DNA of 63,778 bases, counting the filler, from Ministeria vibrans ATCC 50519 (lineage: Eukaryota > Protista > Filasterea), in NCBI GenBank assembly GCA_943704425.1. It is 5 parts of 5 records of this genome, joined end to end, with 100 filler letters (N's around TTAATTAATTAA, not from the genome) between each part and the next. Parts side by side here need not be neighbours in the genome. Positions count along the whole stretch, not along the records: positions 49,897 to 62,448 come from CALSCP010000982.1; positions 62,549 to 63,778 come from CALSCP010002293.1; 3 more parts are not named here. One strand, given 5' to 3'. The notes beneath the pieces are model-generated. The model did not search any database. It was not told the origin of the DNA and saw only the letters and a program-made list of their open reading frames with translations. The position numbers and the translations under genes are program-made. Positions 61,845 through 63,778 of this stretch are shown piece after piece; position 1 is the first letter of the stretch, and every line of letters starts with the position of its first letter.

Positions 61845-62135
61845 ATGCTTTATGCGCTGTTTCCTTCTTTCACACTTTTGAGCATGCTCTGCGCATGTGG
61901 AGCACATGCTACGTCGTATAACGTGTCGAGCGACCCTCGCAACATCTACGCCGGGACGACCATGCTGACTGATGGGTATTGAGTTGGGTCTGTGGTTTGT
62001 GTTTGTTTACATTTCCAAATGACTCTCTGCTCGCAATGTGTCTCCTAATGCAGCTATCTCGACCAGCCGTACTGTCAAATCAATGCGAGATTCAACAACG
62101 AGTGGTGCTGCTTGGTCACGGCAGGCTCGGGAAAG
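61845..62135 (+). CDS. 5' exons of a secreted protein resembling the N-terminus of sialidase-like (BNR) beta-propeller proteins
   Basis: Signal peptide MLYALFPSFTLLSMLCACGAHA, then DPRNIYAGTTMLTDG|YLDQPYCQI..EWCCLVTAGSGK (intron 61976-62053). Confidence 0.55.
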
Positions 62136-62287
62136 GTTCCGTTCAGCGTATCGAGTTAGTCCTTCTATTCATTTGCTCTCTACTTTGTCTCTCTCTCTAT
62201 CACTTTGTCCCTCTCTTTCATTTTGTCTCTCTCTCTCTATCACTTTGTCTCTCTCTATCACTTTGTCTCTCTTTTTCTGTCACTTTG

Positions 62288-62359
<72 letters not shown>

Positions 62360-62382
62360 GCTGCACTCCACGTATTGCGTAG

Positions 62383-62448
62383 GCCGGCGACGGCTGGCTT
62401 GTGGGAGAGTGCAATGGCAAGCGTGGCTCGTTCCCCGCCGCGTATGTG
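62383..62448 (+). CDS. Exon encoding the C-terminal half of an SH3 domain
   Basis: After acceptor CGTAG: AGDGWLVGECNGKRGSFPAAYV, matching the SH3 consensus GWW.G...G..G.FP.NYV. Confidence 0.75.
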
Positions 62449-62548
62449 NNNNNNNNNNNNNNNNNNNNNNNNNNNNNNNNNNNNNNNNNNNNTTAATTAA
62501 TTAANNNNNNNNNNNNNNNNNNNNNNNNNNNNNNNNNNNNNNNNNNNN
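62449..62548. other. Artificial contig spacer N44-TTAATTAATTAA-N44
   Basis: Same linker. Confidence 0.98.
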
Positions 62549-62772
62549 TTTTTTTTTTTTTTTTTTTTTTTTGTCACAAACGACAAAGATACGACTCATA
62601 GAGCACACGCCCCTCCCCCCCGCGTCTCTCTGATCCACAATGGTCACGAGTGGCTGTGAGGTGTCGTCTGCTGGAAGACACAAAAACACCCAAAGCAAAA
62701 AGGACAAAAAGGGGAAATGTGTCAGTGATGCACTGTGTCAGTTGGTCCGCCTCGCCTGATCTCGTCGTATAG

Positions 62773-62925
62773 ATTTGGCCCACCAGTGCGCACAGACCAC
62801 CGCGTTATGGTTGAGAACCTTTCCTCGCGTGCAAGCTGGCAGGTATACCCACCAAACTTATCTCTTGTGTGTGTGTGTGTCTTTGTTTGTGTGTGTCTTT
62901 GTTTGTGAGTGTCTTTGTGAGTGTC

Positions 62926-62978
<53 letters not shown>

Positions 62979-63658
62979 CCTGTGTCGTGTCATAGTGCGC
63001 CAACACGTTAAACATGTAGGACCTGAAAGACTTCTTCCGCGACTGCGGTGCTGGTGAAGTCACCTTTGCCGACTGCAACCGTGGCGAAGGGTACGCCGAT
63101 CAATGTCATTTTCCATCTTATCATTCATTATAATTCTATAGAGTGGTTGAGTTTGCGTCGGCAGAGACAATGGACGAGGCTATTGCCAAGACGGACGGCA
63201 AAGAGTTCCGCGACCGTGCGATCCGCGTCCGAAAGGTCGTCTGATAGATACATATTGTGTTGTCGCTCCGTCTTTTGCTTATTCTCTCTCTTCTATAGGC
63301 TCCCGCTGACTTCCGTGGACCCTCTCCCCGCCGTGGCGGTGGCGGTGGTCGTGGTCGTTCTCGCTCGCCCCGTCGTCACTCTCGCCGTTCCTACTCACGC
63401 TCTCCACCACCGCGTCGTCGTTCTCGCTCCCGTTCGCCGCGTCGCTCCCGTTCGCCGCGTCGTTCGTCCCGTCGTTCTCGTTCCCCATCGCCCCGCCGCG
63501 TCACCCGCTCCCCATCGCCTCGCCGCGCTACCCGCTCTCCATCACCCCGCGCGGCTCCTCGCTCCCGCTCGCCCCCAAACCAGCACCGTGACTCCATCTC
63601 GCGCTCCCCTCCCCCTCCCGCTGCTGCCTCTTCTTCTCCTCCCATCACCACCGAGTAG
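62773..63658 (+). CDS. SR splicing factor of the SRSF1/4/5/6 class (second pseudo-RRM plus RS domain; 5' part missing)
   Basis: [23 protein letters not shown]|[40 protein letters not shown], then an RS/SP-rich tail to TAG at 63656-63658. Confidence 0.92.
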
Positions 63659-63718
63659 AAAATGCTGTCAGTCGTTTTCCAACAAAAAAAATACAATTTT
63701 TGTATCATTTTTTTTCAC

Positions 63719-63778
<60 letters not shown>

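Overview
Gene-dense, intron-containing eukaryotic nuclear DNA: standard code, GT-AG introns, GC-rich exons, AT-rich or microsatellite-rich introns and spacers. It is not one molecule. Four artificial 100-nt spacers (N44-TTAATTAATTAA-N44) join five contigs (1-31420, 31521-48177, 48278-49796, 49897-62448, 62549-63778), and two more joins inside microsatellites look chimeric. Gene content suggests a unicellular relative of animals (inference): RPL31, a secreted EGF/SBBP beta-propeller protein, E2F, a ~5700-aa MYCBP2/PHR RING-Cys-relay E3 ligase, INTS2, a UIM+GRF zinc-finger protein, RPL13A, SPCS2, FCF1, an Ole1-type desaturase-cytochrome b5 fusion, cytochrome b5 reductase, CCDC174, SEC12/PREB, ABCA, importin alpha, MATE, a DUF1647-like glycosyltransferase, an OCA2-like permease, a LOXHD1-like PLAT-repeat protein and an SR protein. 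The most notable signals are: (1) the MYCBP2-type ligase carries two built-in SPRY domains and an intact catalytic Cys relay; (2) RPL31, RPL13A and an orphan contig-end locus share a non-coding architecture (TCT/TOP mini-exon, GTAYGTCG donor, intronic GTCCTT..CAC.C..CTG motif, with a hairpin in two copies); (3) the desaturase has a broken third His box and lies next to a cytochrome b5 reductase; (4) an identical 26-bp intergenic element occurs on two contigs, and a TATCACTTTG minisatellite family is dispersed through introns. All family calls come from motif recognition by eye; no database search was run.
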